From: Nymphaea colorata
Lineage: Eukaryota
Direction: 5' to 3'
Length of the DNA: 64,000 nucleotides
Assembly: GCF_008831285.2 (NCBI RefSeq)
Contig: NC_045138.2
Coordinates: 31,496,001-31,560,000 of the forward strand
The first letter of the stretch is position 1; each line of letters opens with the position of its first letter. The position numbers were made by a program, and so were the translations under genes. Below the pieces are notes generated by a model. That model did not search any database. It was not told the origin of the DNA and was given only the letters and a program-made list of their open reading frames with translations. This document shows, one piece after another, positions 63,174-64,000 of the stretch.

Positions 63174-64000
63174 TTGAATGGATATTTTCGAATGGCCCAA
63201 ATCTATAAGATTGTGAAAGAAAAATTTGAAAAATCCAATGCATTGAATTGAATTATGAAGGTTAAGGGGGCTTCATAGAATCCAATACATGATTGGATTT
63301 CTTCATCTTTTTTAATCTATTGATTTGGGCCATCCAGGCTCATTGTCAAGTTGGATCAGAAAAAAGCTGGTCAGTATCTGGACAAACTGACTGAACCACC
63401 ATATATATTGGGTGTTCACATCTCTAAATCCTATATATATCCATAAGATAAGATGCGAACTCTGAAGTTCTACAGTTCCAAACACTTTCAATTTACAGGT
63501 AATGCTCAAGCAAATTCTGTGCAACAACTTACCTTCAAGCCTATAACAAACTCAAATAAGAGAGGCATGGCAAGTGGCAACACACTAAACGCAGTGATGG
63601 GACCTTGGTTTTCTAAAACTTATCAAAATGGTAATTCTCTTTATTATCTAATGTTTTTTACCTCAAACTATCAAAATTACATTTTGGTTAGGTATTTCAT
63701 GGTGCACTATGCCGTCATCCATAAATGGGTGGAAAGGATCAAATGTATTTATTACCTTGAGGCTTTAACTAAGTGTTGGCAGTCTAGTTCATGTAGTAAG
63801 CAAACAAAGGTACCCCCCTACCCAATGCGGACTTGAAGTATGACATTTAAAAATTGCCTACCATGGCATCCTTACATTTCATCTACTTGAGCTTGGTGAA
63901 ATGTTGAAACTCATCTGCCAAGCATCTGTCTCTCAAGTATGATGGATTGGTAGGTTTAGGTGCAAGATTGGGCATCAGTTACAGAATTACCAGTTACTGT

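Overview
Eukaryotic, flowering-plant nuclear DNA: AT-rich, spliceosomal introns, a PLS-class PPR gene, copia/hAT/MITE debris and GA/TA microsatellites. The species cannot be fixed from sequence alone. 1-16 kb is a gene-free repeat/TE zone. It holds a copia 3' end inserted into a hierarchical tandem array (57-bp units in indel-free 384-bp blocks, repeated every ~811-834 bp), a second copia remnant split by a hAT-type MITE, a hAT transposase remnant, a copia PBS/gag remnant and foldback elements. Four host genes follow: a PLS-E PPR gene with a 1-nt frameshift (16639-18725, +), NUP50-like with an intronless CDS (21929-23323, +), a 13-exon AGD14-like ArfGAP (33060-24406, -) and a 9-coding-exon CASC3/MLN51/Barentsz homologue (47131-53489, +). 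The CASC3 gene has a GC-AG intron, uORFs and two 3'UTR introns. The 5' end of a fifth, unidentified gene probably lies near 60 kb. Intergenic DNA contains several MITEs with target-site duplications, a 5' fragment of U6 snRNA and a short retroposon with a 17-bp TSD. The most unusual signal is the frame-preserving 57-bp/19-aa higher-order repeat. All coordinates and exon models were derived by hand.
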